NCBI GenBank assembly: GCA_051009255.1
Contig: JBPCWT010000331.1
Location: 1 to 44,431 of the forward strand
Length of the DNA stretch: 44,431 nt
DNA from: Ruegeria sp.
GTDB taxonomy: Bacteria > Pseudomonadota > Alphaproteobacteria > Rhodobacterales > Rhodobacteraceae
Direction: 5' to 3'
Position numbers and translations under genes: made by a program. This document shows, one piece after another, positions 9,138 to 18,722 of this stretch. Each line of letters starts with the position of its first letter. Position 1 is the first letter of the stretch. The notes beneath the pieces are model-generated. The model was given only the letters and a program-made list of their open reading frames with translations. It ran no database searches and was not told where the DNA came from.

Positions 9138-10367
9138 ATGCGTCGCGTCGTCGTCACCGGCTTGGGGGTCGTATCCTCGATCGGGAACAATGCTGAAGAG
9201 GTCATAACCTCGCTCAAAGCAGGCAAATCCGGGATCGTGGCCAATGAACAGATGGTCGAACACGGCTTTCGCAGCCAGGTCGCCGGGTCGCTCAAGATTG
9301 ACGTTGCCGAGCACGTGGACAAGCGCACGCTGCGCTTCATGGGTCCGGGCGCAGCTTATGCGCATATCGCCATGAGCCAGGCAATCGCGGATGCTGGCCT
9401 GACCGAAGATCAGGTCGTGAACCCGCGAACCGGCCTTGTTGCCGGTTCCGGCGGTCCATCCACCAGCGCGATGCTGACTGCGCACCAGACTGTTCTGAAA
9501 AACGGCGCGACCAAGCGCATTGGCCCCTTTGCGGTGCCCAAATGCATGTGCTCGACCATTTCTGCGAATCTGGCGACTGCGTTCAAGATCAAGGGGATCA
9601 ACTACTCGATCACTTCGGCCTGCTCGACCTCGCTGCATTGCATCGGCAACGCAGCGGAACAGATAATGATGGGCAAGCAGGACATCATGTTTGCTGGCGG
9701 CGGCGAAGAGCTGGACTGGACGCTATCGTGCCTGTTCGACGCAATGGGCGCGATGTCCTCGAAATACAATGACACACCTGACAAAGCCTCGCGCGCGTTC
9801 GATCAGGACCGCGACGGTTTCGTCATTTCCGGCGGCGGCGGCATCGTTGTACTGGAAGATCTGGAACATGCGCTGGCCCGCGGAGCCGACATTTACGCCG
9901 AAGTAACGGGCTTCGCGGCAACATCCGACGGGCATGACATGGTCGCGCCTTCGGGTGAAGGTGGCGAGCGGGCCATGCGACTGGCGCTGTCCACAGTGCC
10001 CGAAGGCCGGAACGTATCTTACATCAACGCCCACGGCACATCGACCCCGGTCGGCGACGTCGGCGAAGTCGAAGCGGTTCGCCGCATCTTTGGCGAAGGC
10101 AGCGTCCCCCCGATTTCATCGACCAAGTCGATGACCGGGCACGCTCAGGGTGCCGCAGGTGCGCTAGAGGCTATCTTTTGCCTTTTGATGCTGCGCCATG
10201 ACTTCATCACGCCATCGATCAATGTCGACACCCTGGCCGAAGGGATCAACCCCGGTGAAGTTGCAACACAAGTCGTCGAAAATGCCGGATTGGATAGCGT
10301 TATGACCAACAGCTTTGGCTTTGGTGGTACGAACGGGTCCATGGTTTTGTCCAAGTATAACGGGTGA
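9138..10367 (+). CDS. fabB: beta-ketoacyl-ACP synthase I
   Basis: MRRVVVTGLG, SACSTS active Cys, NAHGTST, KSMTGH and NSFGFGGTN; follows fabA. Confidence 0.96.
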   Translation: MRRVVVTGLGVVSSIGNNAEEVITSLKAGKSGIVANEQMVEHGFRSQVAGSLKIDVAEHVDKRTLRFMGPGAAYAHIAMSQAIADAGLTEDQVVNPRTGLVAGSGGPSTSAMLTAHQTVLKNGATKRIGPFAVPKCMCSTISANLATAFKIKGINYSITSACSTSLHCIGNAAEQIMMGKQDIMFAGGGEELDWTLSCLFDAMGAMSSKYNDTPDKASRAFDQDRDGFVISGGGGIVVLEDLEHALARGADIYAEVTGFAATSDGHDMVAPSGEGGERAMRLALSTVPEGRNVSYINAHGTSTPVGDVGEVEAVRRIFGEGSVPPISSTKSMTGHAQGAAGALEAIFCLLMLRHDFITPSINVDTLAEGINPGEVATQVVENAGLDSVMTNSFGFGGTNGSMVLSKYNG

Positions 10368-10372
10368 TTGAA

Positions 10373-11164
10373 ATGTCAGATGTTCTAAAGGGCAAACGTG
10401 GGCTGATCATGGGCGTGGCCAATGATCGTTCAATCGCATGGGGCATTGCCAAGGCGATGCACGAGGCAGGCGCGGAACTGGCGTTCACCTATCAGGGCGA
10501 GGCCTTTGGCAAACGTCTTGAACCGCTGGCGCAAAGCCTTGGCAGCGATTTCATGGTCGATGCGGATGTCACTGACGACGCCTCGCTGGATCGGGCCTTT
10601 GACGAATTGGCAGAACGCTGGCCCACGATCGACTTTCTGGTCCACGCCATCGCCTATTCGGACAAATCCGAACTTACCGGGCGGTTTCTGAACACGTCGC
10701 GCGAGAACTTCAAACACTCGATGGACGTTTCGGCCTATTCCTTTATCGAGGTCGCCCGCCGTGCCTATCCGTTGATGAAAGATAACGGTGGCACGCTGCT
10801 AACGCTGACGTATCAGGGATCGAACCGCGTGGTTCCGAACTACAACGTCATGGGCGTTGCTAAGGCCGCGCTGGAATCCGCGACCCGCTATCTTGCCAAT
10901 GACCTAGGCCCCGAAGGTATCCGGGTGAACGCAATATCGCCCGGTCCAATGAAAACACTGGCCGGGGCCGCGATTGGCGGGGCGCGCAAAACCTACAAGT
11001 TCTGCGATCAGAATGCGCCGATGCGATCAAACGCGACGCTAGAGGCCGTGGGCGGCACTGCCGTTTACCTCGCCTCGGACGCGGGGGCCTATACGTCGGG
11101 TGAAATCCTGCGCGTAGATGGCGGTTTTCACATCCTTGGAATGCCACAACCCGACTTTATGTGA
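10373..11164 (+). CDS. fabI: enoyl-ACP reductase FabI
   Basis: GVANDRSIAWGIA, YNVMGVAKAALE and NAISPGP. Confidence 0.95.
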   Translation: MSDVLKGKRGLIMGVANDRSIAWGIAKAMHEAGAELAFTYQGEAFGKRLEPLAQSLGSDFMVDADVTDDASLDRAFDELAERWPTIDFLVHAIAYSDKSELTGRFLNTSRENFKHSMDVSAYSFIEVARRAYPLMKDNGGTLLTLTYQGSNRVVPNYNVMGVAKAALESATRYLANDLGPEGIRVNAISPGPMKTLAGAAIGGARKTYKFCDQNAPMRSNATLEAVGGTAVYLASDAGAYTSGEILRVDGGFHILGMPQPDFM

Positions 11165-11223
11165 CCCGAAGATTCCCTGCCCCTGTCAATTTTTGACCAC
11201 TTTTTGGGGGCAGGATTCACAGC

Positions 11224-11415
11224 ATGAGCAAACTGGATTTGATATCTGAAAGCGCCGCACGCCGCACGCGTTCCCGTCGAAAGTCGGGCACGTTCGGTCA
11301 TCGGGCGCGCATCTTGCTGCTGGGCCTGACCACGGCGCTGGCGCTGTTTGTAATTTACACACAGCCGCCCGTTCGCCAGGCGTTCGACACGCTTTTGGCG
11401 TCCGTGCTGGGCTAA
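11224..11415 (+). CDS. small hypothetical membrane protein
   Basis: 63-aa ORF filling the fabI-slyD gap, CAGGA upstream, Arg-rich segment followed by one hydrophobic helix. Confidence 0.5.
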   Translation: MSKLDLISESAARRTRSRRKSGTFGHRARILLLGLTTALALFVIYTQPPVRQAFDTLLASVLG

Positions 11416-11435
11416 GCCCAGCCAAAACGCATCTT

Positions 11436-11864
11436 TTACGCGATCGAGACGATCTCGATATCGAAAATCAGGTCTTTGCCCGCGAGCGGGTGATTGGCGT
11501 CGAGCGTGATTGTCGCGTCATCCACCCCGACTATCGTCACCGACACGGCCTGCCCGTCCGGGGTCTGCATCTGCAATTGCGTGCCCAGATCCAGCGGTAT
11601 GTCATCCGGAACGCCTTCTCGCGGGATCGACTGTCGCATTCCCGGATTGATCGGGCCATAGGCATCGACACATGGAATCTCGACGCGCTTTTTCTCGCCC
11701 ATCGTCATACCCGGCAGAGCCGAATCCAACCCCGAAATGATCTGACCCGAACCGACGACAAACTCCAGCGGGTCGCGGCCTTCAGAGCTGTCAAAGACGT
11801 CCCCATCCGTCAGCGTCCCGGTGTAATGTATGCGAACCGTGTCGCCGTCCTTGATTTCTGTCAT
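11436..11864 (-). CDS. slyD: FKBP-type peptidyl-prolyl isomerase (SlyD/SlpA-like, no His-rich tail)
   Basis: HYTGTL, FDSSEGRDPLEF and DANHPLAGKDL; GGAG SD before ATG 11864. Confidence 0.88.
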   Translation of the reverse strand: MTEIKDGDTVRIHYTGTLTDGDVFDSSEGRDPLEFVVGSGQIISGLDSALPGMTMGEKKRVEIPCVDAYGPINPGMRQSIPREGVPDDIPLDLGTQLQMQTPDGQAVSVTIVGVDDATITLDANHPLAGKDLIFDIEIVSIA

Positions 11865-11991
11865 TCTGGCTCTCCGGCTCAAAAATTGGGTTGAACGATC
11901 AACCCTAAACTTTGTCACATCGATGTAAACCCTTACCCCTTTAACGCCTTACCCTGTTGTGCCAACCTGCGCCCGATCAGCGGAGGAACAG

Positions 11992-12678
11992 ATGCCCATC
12001 AAAACTTGCATTTTCGACGCCTACGGCACGTTGTTCGACGTCGCCGCAGCAGCCCGGCAGGCCGCAGAAGAACCACAATACCCAGACCTGCGTGACAAGT
12101 GGGCGCAAGTGGCAAACCACTGGCGCCTGAAGCAGTTGCAATACACATGGCTCAGGGCCGTTGCAGATGCCCACACGGATTTTTGGGATGTCACGCAGGA
12201 TGGGTTGGATTGGGCGCTTGAGGCGACCGGGCTGGACGGAAACGCCGCCCTGCGCCAGCGGCTTCTGGATCTGTATTGGGAACTTCAGGCCTATCCCGAA
12301 GTCCCGACCATGCTAAAGGCGCTAAGGGCTGGCGGGCTGCAAACCGCAATCCTTTCCAACGGATCGCCCCCGATGCTGGATGGCGCGGTACAATCGGCAG
12401 GTATTGGCGACGTGCTGGGCGACGTGCTGTCAGTAGAAACAGTTGGCGTCTTCAAACCCCATTCAAAGGTTTACGATCTTGTTCAAGACAGGTTCGGATG
12501 TGCCCGTGACGAGGTTCTGTTTGTCAGCTCAAATGGCTGGGACGCCGCAGGCGCCAGCGGGTACGGCTTTGACACCGTTTGGGTGAACCGCGCAGGCGAA
12601 CCCATGGACAGACTGCCGTGGAAACCCGCGCATGTGCTGCAGGACCTGACCTCCATCCCCGCATTGGCAGGGCTTTGA
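11992..12678 (+). CDS. haloacid dehalogenase type II (HAD)
   Basis: FDAYGTLFDV, ILSNG, FKP and FVSSNGWD; GGAGG SD. Confidence 0.92.
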   Translation: MPIKTCIFDAYGTLFDVAAAARQAAEEPQYPDLRDKWAQVANHWRLKQLQYTWLRAVADAHTDFWDVTQDGLDWALEATGLDGNAALRQRLLDLYWELQAYPEVPTMLKALRAGGLQTAILSNGSPPMLDGAVQSAGIGDVLGDVLSVETVGVFKPHSKVYDLVQDRFGCARDEVLFVSSNGWDAAGASGYGFDTVWVNRAGEPMDRLPWKPAHVLQDLTSIPALAGL

Positions 12679-13505
12679 TGTCATACTTTACGACCTCGGA
12701 CGGTCTGCGCATTCATTATACAGACACCGGGTCCGGGCAGCCGCTTTTGTGCCTTGCCGGATTGACGCGGTGCAGCGGCGACTTTGTCTTTCTGACCCCT
12801 CGTCTCAGTGGCATCCGCATGATCACAATGGATTACCGGGGACGTGGCAAGTCCGATTATGACCCTGATTTCAGCAACTACAACGTGGTTCGCGAATCCC
12901 AGGACGCAATTGAACTGCTGGATCATCTGGGTCTGGAACAGGCAACCATCCTTGGCACGTCGCGCGGCGGTCTGATCGCCATGGTGCTGGCATCCAGCAG
13001 CGCTGATCGGCTATCGGGCGTGATACTGAACGACGTGGGCCCGGTCGTCGAACCCGCCGGGATTGCGCGGATCATGGATTATCTTGGCAGAAAACCGGTA
13101 TCCAAAACCCATGAACAGGCCGCACGCGCGTTGAAAGAGGCGATGGAGCCGCATTTCCCCGGCGTACCGATCGACATCTGGCGAAAGCAGGCCGAAATCC
13201 AGTTTACACAAACTGCCGAAGGTCTGGACCTTCGCTATGACGCCGCATTGCGCGACGCCTTGCTGAAACAGGCCGCATCCGGGCCGCCACCGGATTTATG
13301 GGCTTTGTTTCAGGCTCTTGGCTCTATTCCGACCGGTGTCATTCGGGGAGCGAATTCCGATATTCTGGGCGCAGATACATTGTCGGAAATGCATCGCCAC
13401 CACCCCGGCCTGATCTCGGTCAGCGTTCCTGATCGCGGCCATGTTCCATTTTTGGACGAGCCGCAATCTCTTGAAATCATAAACAAAATACTGGAAGCCG
13501 CATGA
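12678..13505 (+). CDS. alpha/beta hydrolase
   Basis: GLTR, DYRGRGKS, GTSRGG nucleophile elbow and GHVP; TGATG coupling with the HAD gene. Confidence 0.9.
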   Translation: MSYFTTSDGLRIHYTDTGSGQPLLCLAGLTRCSGDFVFLTPRLSGIRMITMDYRGRGKSDYDPDFSNYNVVRESQDAIELLDHLGLEQATILGTSRGGLIAMVLASSSADRLSGVILNDVGPVVEPAGIARIMDYLGRKPVSKTHEQAARALKEAMEPHFPGVPIDIWRKQAEIQFTQTAEGLDLRYDAALRDALLKQAASGPPPDLWALFQALGSIPTGVIRGANSDILGADTLSEMHRHHPGLISVSVPDRGHVPFLDEPQSLEIINKILEAA

Positions 13506-14476
13506 GTAACCTTGAAATGATCGAAGCGGCGGCAAAGCGGCTGAAAGGTCACGTTCGACATACACCGATCCTGACCTCGCCTTTTCTGGATGACATTGCC
13601 GGGCGACGCGTTCTGTTGAAACCTGAATGCCTGCAACACACCGGCAGCTTCAAGTTCCGCGGCGCATGGTCCGCCATTTCTGCACTTGATGAGGACACAC
13701 GCAAACGCGGCGTAATCGCGTATTCTTCGGGCAATCATGCGCAGGGCGTCGCAATGGCCGCGACAAAGCATGGCATCGCATCCGTTATTGTCATGCCGTC
13801 AGACGCGCCGCAGCTGAAAATCGACAACACGGCCGCATTAGGTGCCGAGGTTGTTTTGTATGACCGGGCAAACGAAAGCCGCGAAAAGATCGGCGAATCT
13901 CTGGCAGCCGAGCGTGGTCTGACATTGATCCGGCCCTATGATGAACCGCAGGTCATCGCCGGTCAGGGGACAACCGGTCTGGAAATTGCCACGCAGGCGG
14001 CGGAACTGGGCGTAACCAAAGCGGACGTTCTTGTGTGCTGTGGCGGCGGCGGGTTGACCTCGGGAATTGCGCTGGCGTTGGAAGGTCACGCGCCGGGTTT
14101 GCGCGCGCGCCCGTGCGAACCGGAAGGTTTTGATGACGTCAAACGCTCTTTGGAAACGGGCCGTATCCAGAACAACGACGCGGCATCAGGAAACATTTGC
14201 GATGCGATCCTGACGCCGCAACCGGGCGACATGACATTCCCGATCCTAAGCCGTCTGTGCGGGCCGGGTCTGGCCATCAGCGAAGACGAAGCCCTGCGCG
14301 CCATGGCCCTTGCCTTTCTGCGCCTGAAAATCGTGTTGGAACCCGGCGGTGCCGCATCCCTTGCCTCGGCCCTGTTCCGAAAAGATGAAATCGAAGGCGA
14401 CGCAGTTATCGTGGTGGCATCCGGCGGAAACGTCGATCCGCAGGTTTTTCACAAAGCCCTTGATAGCCTGACCTGA
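13502..14476 (+). CDS. PLP-dependent threonine/serine dehydratase family protein (no ACT domain)
   Basis: GSFKFRGA PLP lysine, SSGNHAQG, GGGGL and SGGNVD; ATGA overlap with the upstream gene. Confidence 0.92.
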   Translation: MSNLEMIEAAAKRLKGHVRHTPILTSPFLDDIAGRRVLLKPECLQHTGSFKFRGAWSAISALDEDTRKRGVIAYSSGNHAQGVAMAATKHGIASVIVMPSDAPQLKIDNTAALGAEVVLYDRANESREKIGESLAAERGLTLIRPYDEPQVIAGQGTTGLEIATQAAELGVTKADVLVCCGGGGLTSGIALALEGHAPGLRARPCEPEGFDDVKRSLETGRIQNNDAASGNICDAILTPQPGDMTFPILSRLCGPGLAISEDEALRAMALAFLRLKIVLEPGGAASLASALFRKDEIEGDAVIVVASGGNVDPQVFHKALDSLT

Positions 14477-14519
14477 TACAGAAGAAGCAAAGGAGCCGCA
14501 GAATGCAGGGAAAGCAAAC

Positions 14520-15308
14520 ATGCAAATAGTGGATTTAGGGGACGTTCAGCTTCACTACAGGGTCGATGGCGATCCAGACGGTGCGCCCATAGTCTTTGCA
14601 AATTCGCTGGGAACCGATCTGCGCCTTTGGGATCAGATACTGCCACATCTGCCCAAGGGGTTACGGATCATTCGATATGACAAACGGGGGCATGGCCTGT
14701 CTTCATTGCCGCCCGCCCCCTATGCAATGGGTGCGCTGGTGCGCGATGCCGAAGGCTTGCTGGATCACCTTGCGGTTCGCGATTGCGTGTTTGTTGGCCT
14801 GTCCATTGGCGGCATGATTGCGCAGGGACTAGCGGTAAAGCGAATGGATCAGATCAGAGCGCTGGTTTTGTCCAACACGGGCGCAAAGATCGGAACCAAG
14901 GAACTTTGGCAGGACCGGATAACGGCAATCCGCGCTGGCGGAATTGAATCATTGGCTGACCCGGTCATGGAGCGTTGGTTTTCCAAATCTTTCCGCGCAA
15001 CGCCAGAGCTGGCGCTGTGGCGCAACATGCTGGTCCGTCAACCGGACGAAGGCTATGTCGGGTGTTCGGCCGCGATTTCCGGCACCGATTTCTACACACC
15101 CACCAGCGGCCTGCGACTGCCGACGCTGGGAATAGCAGGCAGCGAAGACGGCGCAACGCCACCGGATCTTTTGCGGGAAACCGTCGACCTGATCCCGGGT
15201 TCGCGATTTGAACTGATCCGAAAGGCCGGTCACCTTCCCTGCGTTGAACAACCCAAGGAATACGCGGCGATACTGACCCGTTTTCTGCAAGAAGTCGGGC
15301 ACATCTAA
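14520..15308 (+). CDS. pcaD: 3-oxoadipate enol-lactonase-like hydrolase
   Basis: FANSLGTDLRLWD, YDKRGHGLS, GLSIGG and AGHLPCVEQP. Confidence 0.82.
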   Translation: MQIVDLGDVQLHYRVDGDPDGAPIVFANSLGTDLRLWDQILPHLPKGLRIIRYDKRGHGLSSLPPAPYAMGALVRDAEGLLDHLAVRDCVFVGLSIGGMIAQGLAVKRMDQIRALVLSNTGAKIGTKELWQDRITAIRAGGIESLADPVMERWFSKSFRATPELALWRNMLVRQPDEGYVGCSAAISGTDFYTPTSGLRLPTLGIAGSEDGATPPDLLRETVDLIPGSRFELIRKAGHLPCVEQPKEYAAILTRFLQEVGHI

Positions 15309-15321
15309 AGGAGAACTTGTT

Positions 15322-16035
15322 TTGGCGGATTTCTTGTTGGTTCACGGCTCATGTCACGGCGCATGGTGCTGGCGTGACCTGATACCCGAATTGTCCGCCA
15401 TGGGTCAAACCGCGCGCGCAATCGACTTGCCCAGCCACGGGGCAGACACAACACCGATTGCAGATGTTACCATGGAAAACTGCCGTGATGCGATACTGTC
15501 GGCAACGACGCCGCAGACGATTGTCCTTGGTCATTCATGGGGCGGCTTCCCGGTCAGCGCCGCAGCCGAAGCAGCGCCAGACGCGATGCGGGCCGTGATC
15601 TATCTGTCCGCCTATGTTCCGCGCTCTGGCCTGTCCATGATTGAAATGCGTAAGCGGGCACCGCGGCAACTGCTTCTGGATGCGGTCGAAAAATCTGCCG
15701 ACGGGCTGTCCTATACCGCGCGACCGGACAAAGTGCGGGATATTTTCTATCATGATTGCTCGCCCGAGGATTTAGAGTATGCAATCGCAAACTTGTGCCC
15801 ACAGGCCATCCTCCCGCAGGACACCCCGGTCACGCTGACCGAACGATTTGATCGCGTGCCCAAGGGATATATCCGTTCACTGGATGACCGGGCCGTTCCG
15901 ACAGAGTATCAGCAAGAAATGAGCAAGGTCGCCGCTGCAAACATGCGCCACACAATCGACAGTTCCCATTCGGCGTTCTTTTCGCATCCGCGCGAACTCG
16001 CTGAAATCATTACCCGGATTGAGGAGAAGATTTGA
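15322..16035 (+). CDS. alpha/beta hydrolase (methylesterase/EstC-like)
   Basis: LVHGSCHGAWCW, GHSWGG and SSHSAFFS; TTG start after AAGGAG. Confidence 0.88.
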   Translation: MADFLLVHGSCHGAWCWRDLIPELSAMGQTARAIDLPSHGADTTPIADVTMENCRDAILSATTPQTIVLGHSWGGFPVSAAAEAAPDAMRAVIYLSAYVPRSGLSMIEMRKRAPRQLLLDAVEKSADGLSYTARPDKVRDIFYHDCSPEDLEYAIANLCPQAILPQDTPVTLTERFDRVPKGYIRSLDDRAVPTEYQQEMSKVAAANMRHTIDSSHSAFFSHPRELAEIITRIEEKI

Positions 16036-17372
16036 TGGTGGGATCGGTATTCGACAGCCCCCTCTTTTCACATCTGTTTCCAACCGGAGAGGTTGGGCGC
16101 CTGTTCACCGACAGCGCAGAACTGCGGGCCATGCTGCTGGTCGAGGGTATGCTTGCAAAGGCACAGGGCGATCTGGGTGTCATCCCGCAGGACAGTGCGC
16201 AGGCCATCACCCGCGCCGCGATGGAAGTTCAGCTTGACCCCGGCGCCTTGTCTCAGGCCACAGGTCAGAACGGTGTCAGTGTGCCCGCGCTGGTCGCGGC
16301 CTTCCGGTCAGAGATGCAGGCACCGGAACATGCGGCCTTTGTGCACTGGGGCGCGACATCGCAAGATATCATCGACACTGGTCTGATGCTGCGAATGCGG
16401 CAATCGCTCGGCCTGATCGAAGCTGACCTGAAACTGGTCCTGAACTCTCTTGCAACTATGGCGACGACCCATGCCACGCTTGCAATGGCCGCACGCACCT
16501 ATGGTCAACACGCAACCCTAACCAGTTTCGGCGCAGTTGCGGCAAATTGGGGCGCTCCACTGCTGGCGCTTTGTGACGAATTGCCGGAATTGCGGCAAAA
16601 TTGTCTGCTGGTCTCCTTGTCCGGTGCCGCCGGAACATCCAATGCGCTTGGACCATCAGCACCCGAAACCCGCAGGGCGCTTGCCGAGTTGCTGAACCTG
16701 AATGACCCTGAACGCAGCTGGCATACAGACAGAACACCGATCCTGCGCCTGTGTGACTGGTTCACCCGTTTGACACTGGCACTTGGGAAATTGGGCGAAG
16801 ACCTGATCGAACTTACCCAGACCGGTATACAAGAGGTTTCGATCGGCGGTGGCTCGTCTTCGACGATGCCACAGAAACAGAACCCAGTAACACCTTCGGT
16901 TCTGGTTGCGGTGTCACGGCAGCAAACCGGATTGATGGGCGTTCTGCAAAATGCCGCTGTTCACCGCCACCAACGCGACGGTGCTGCGTGGTTTACCGAA
17001 TGGATGTGTTTGCCACAGATTGTACTTGGCGCAGCGGCGTCGGCGCATGTTGCCGTTCAACTGGTCCCGGCCATCCAACCAGATGCAAAGGCAATGGAAT
17101 CCTCATTGTCATCGGGTTTGGGGCTTATCCATGCCGAGGCGCTTAGCTTTGCCCTGTCTCAACACATGCCACGCCCCGAAGCGCAGGCCGCGACCAAGTC
17201 CATGTGTCAGGAAGCGGGCAAAACCGGACACCCGCTGAAGGACATCGTGACCCGGGAATGGCCACAGCTTGACCTTACCCGGATTTTCGACGCACAACAC
17301 CAACTTGGGCAAGCCCCTGCCGAAGCACAAGCCTTTGCCAAGCGGGTCAGGGAACGCCTGTCCGACACGTAG
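16035..17372 (+). CDS. pcaB: 3-carboxy-cis,cis-muconate cycloisomerase-like protein (fumarase/adenylosuccinate lyase superfamily)
   Basis: HWGATSQDIIDT, ARTYGQHA and SSTMPQKQNP signature; TGATG coupling with the upstream gene. Confidence 0.8.
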   Translation: MVGSVFDSPLFSHLFPTGEVGRLFTDSAELRAMLLVEGMLAKAQGDLGVIPQDSAQAITRAAMEVQLDPGALSQATGQNGVSVPALVAAFRSEMQAPEHAAFVHWGATSQDIIDTGLMLRMRQSLGLIEADLKLVLNSLATMATTHATLAMAARTYGQHATLTSFGAVAANWGAPLLALCDELPELRQNCLLVSLSGAAGTSNALGPSAPETRRALAELLNLNDPERSWHTDRTPILRLCDWFTRLTLALGKLGEDLIELTQTGIQEVSIGGGSSSTMPQKQNPVTPSVLVAVSRQQTGLMGVLQNAAVHRHQRDGAAWFTEWMCLPQIVLGAAASAHVAVQLVPAIQPDAKAMESSLSSGLGLIHAEALSFALSQHMPRPEAQAATKSMCQEAGKTGHPLKDIVTREWPQLDLTRIFDAQHQLGQAPAEAQAFAKRVRERLSDT

Positions 17373-17441
17373 CACACGCTTACAATTACAGCAGTGGACC
17401 AGCGGATTGGGTCTGCATCACAGTTTTCAGATACGGATTTC

Positions 17442-18641
17442 ATGCGCCTTCCATTTTTGTTTGTTCTGGGTACGGTCACGATCGACGCAATGGGTATCGG
17501 TCTGGTCCTGCCCATCATGCCACAGCTCATTGTCGAGGTTGAGGGCGGCACTCTGGCAGATGCCGCTATATGGGGTGGTGTCCTTAGCACCGCCTTTGCA
17601 GCGATGCAGTTCCTGTTTGGCCCGGTTCTGGGAAACCTGTCAGACGCTTACGGGCGCCGACCTGTTCTGCTGGTGTCATTGTTTGTCATGGCATTGGATT
17701 ACATCGTCATGGCTGTAGTCGGCAGTATCTGGTTGTTGCTGGCCGGGCGTATTGTCGGGGGCATAGCCGCCGCAACTCATTCAACTGCCGCAGCCTTCAT
17801 GGCCGACGTATCTAAACCACACGAAAAAGCCGCCAATTTTGGCCTGATCGGGGCCGCGTTCGGGATTGGATTCATACTGGGGCCAATGATGGGCGGATTG
17901 CTGGGCGAATACGGCACCCGCGCACCATTCTGGGCAGCCGCCGCTCTTTCTGCGTTGAACCTTTGTGTTGGTTTCTGGGTCATGCCCGAAACCGTGACCG
18001 ATGCGATCCGGCGACCGTTTCAATGGAGGCGCGCCAATCTGCTCGGCTCGATCAAGGCCGTCTCGAACCTGCCCGGCATCAAGCCGCTGCTGTGGGTTTA
18101 TTTCCTCTATTCCGTTTCCATCTACGTCTACCCGGCAATCTGGTCGTACTTCACGCAGGAACGCTTTGGCTGGTCGCCCCAGATCGTTGGCTTTTCTCTT
18201 GGCGTCTACGGTTTGGGTATGGTCGCTGTTCAGGGCGTGTTGATCCGCCCGGCAATTCGTTATCTTGGCGAACGGGCCACGATCCTGTGGGGGCTGGTGT
18301 TCGAACTTGTCAGCTTTGCGGTACTGGCATTTCTGACAAGCGGCCTCATCGCATTATTGCTGATTCCCCTGACCGCGCTGGGCGCGGTTATTACCCCGGC
18401 GCTGCAGGCAATGATGTCCCGGTCTGTCCCGGATTCCCAGCAAGGTGAACTGCAGGGCGTGCTGGCCGCCCTTCACGCCTTGTCCATGGTGATCTCTCCA
18501 TTGGCCATGACATACGTGTTCGCACTTTTTGCGCAGCCGGACACCGCGTATTACCTGCCCGGCGCGCCGTTCCTGCTGGCATTGGTGTTGATGCTGATTG
18601 GCGGCACACTGTTTTTACGAACCCGGCCCGTCGTAGAGTAA
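17442..18641 (+). CDS. TCR/Tet-family MFS efflux transporter
   Basis: IDAMGIGLVLP, LSDAYGRRPVLL (motif A), GFILGP (motif C) and QQGELQG; about 12 TM segments. Confidence 0.92.
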   Translation: MRLPFLFVLGTVTIDAMGIGLVLPIMPQLIVEVEGGTLADAAIWGGVLSTAFAAMQFLFGPVLGNLSDAYGRRPVLLVSLFVMALDYIVMAVVGSIWLLLAGRIVGGIAAATHSTAAAFMADVSKPHEKAANFGLIGAAFGIGFILGPMMGGLLGEYGTRAPFWAAAALSALNLCVGFWVMPETVTDAIRRPFQWRRANLLGSIKAVSNLPGIKPLLWVYFLYSVSIYVYPAIWSYFTQERFGWSPQIVGFSLGVYGLGMVAVQGVLIRPAIRYLGERATILWGLVFELVSFAVLAFLTSGLIALLLIPLTALGAVITPALQAMMSRSVPDSQQGELQGVLAALHALSMVISPLAMTYVFALFAQPDTAYYLPGAPFLLALVLMLIGGTLFLRTRPVVE

Positions 18642-18722
18642 CAACGACATTTCTTTGCCGGTTTCGGCCTTGCAGGTCGGATCGCTTCGGGCCACCGTGG
18701 GCCGAAATCAGTTGGGGACGTC

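Noticed and set aside
17442-18641. Acquired tetracycline resistance gene
   Set aside because: Only family-level TCR/Tet motifs; no divergent tetR or mobile element; embedded in a chromosomal gene run.
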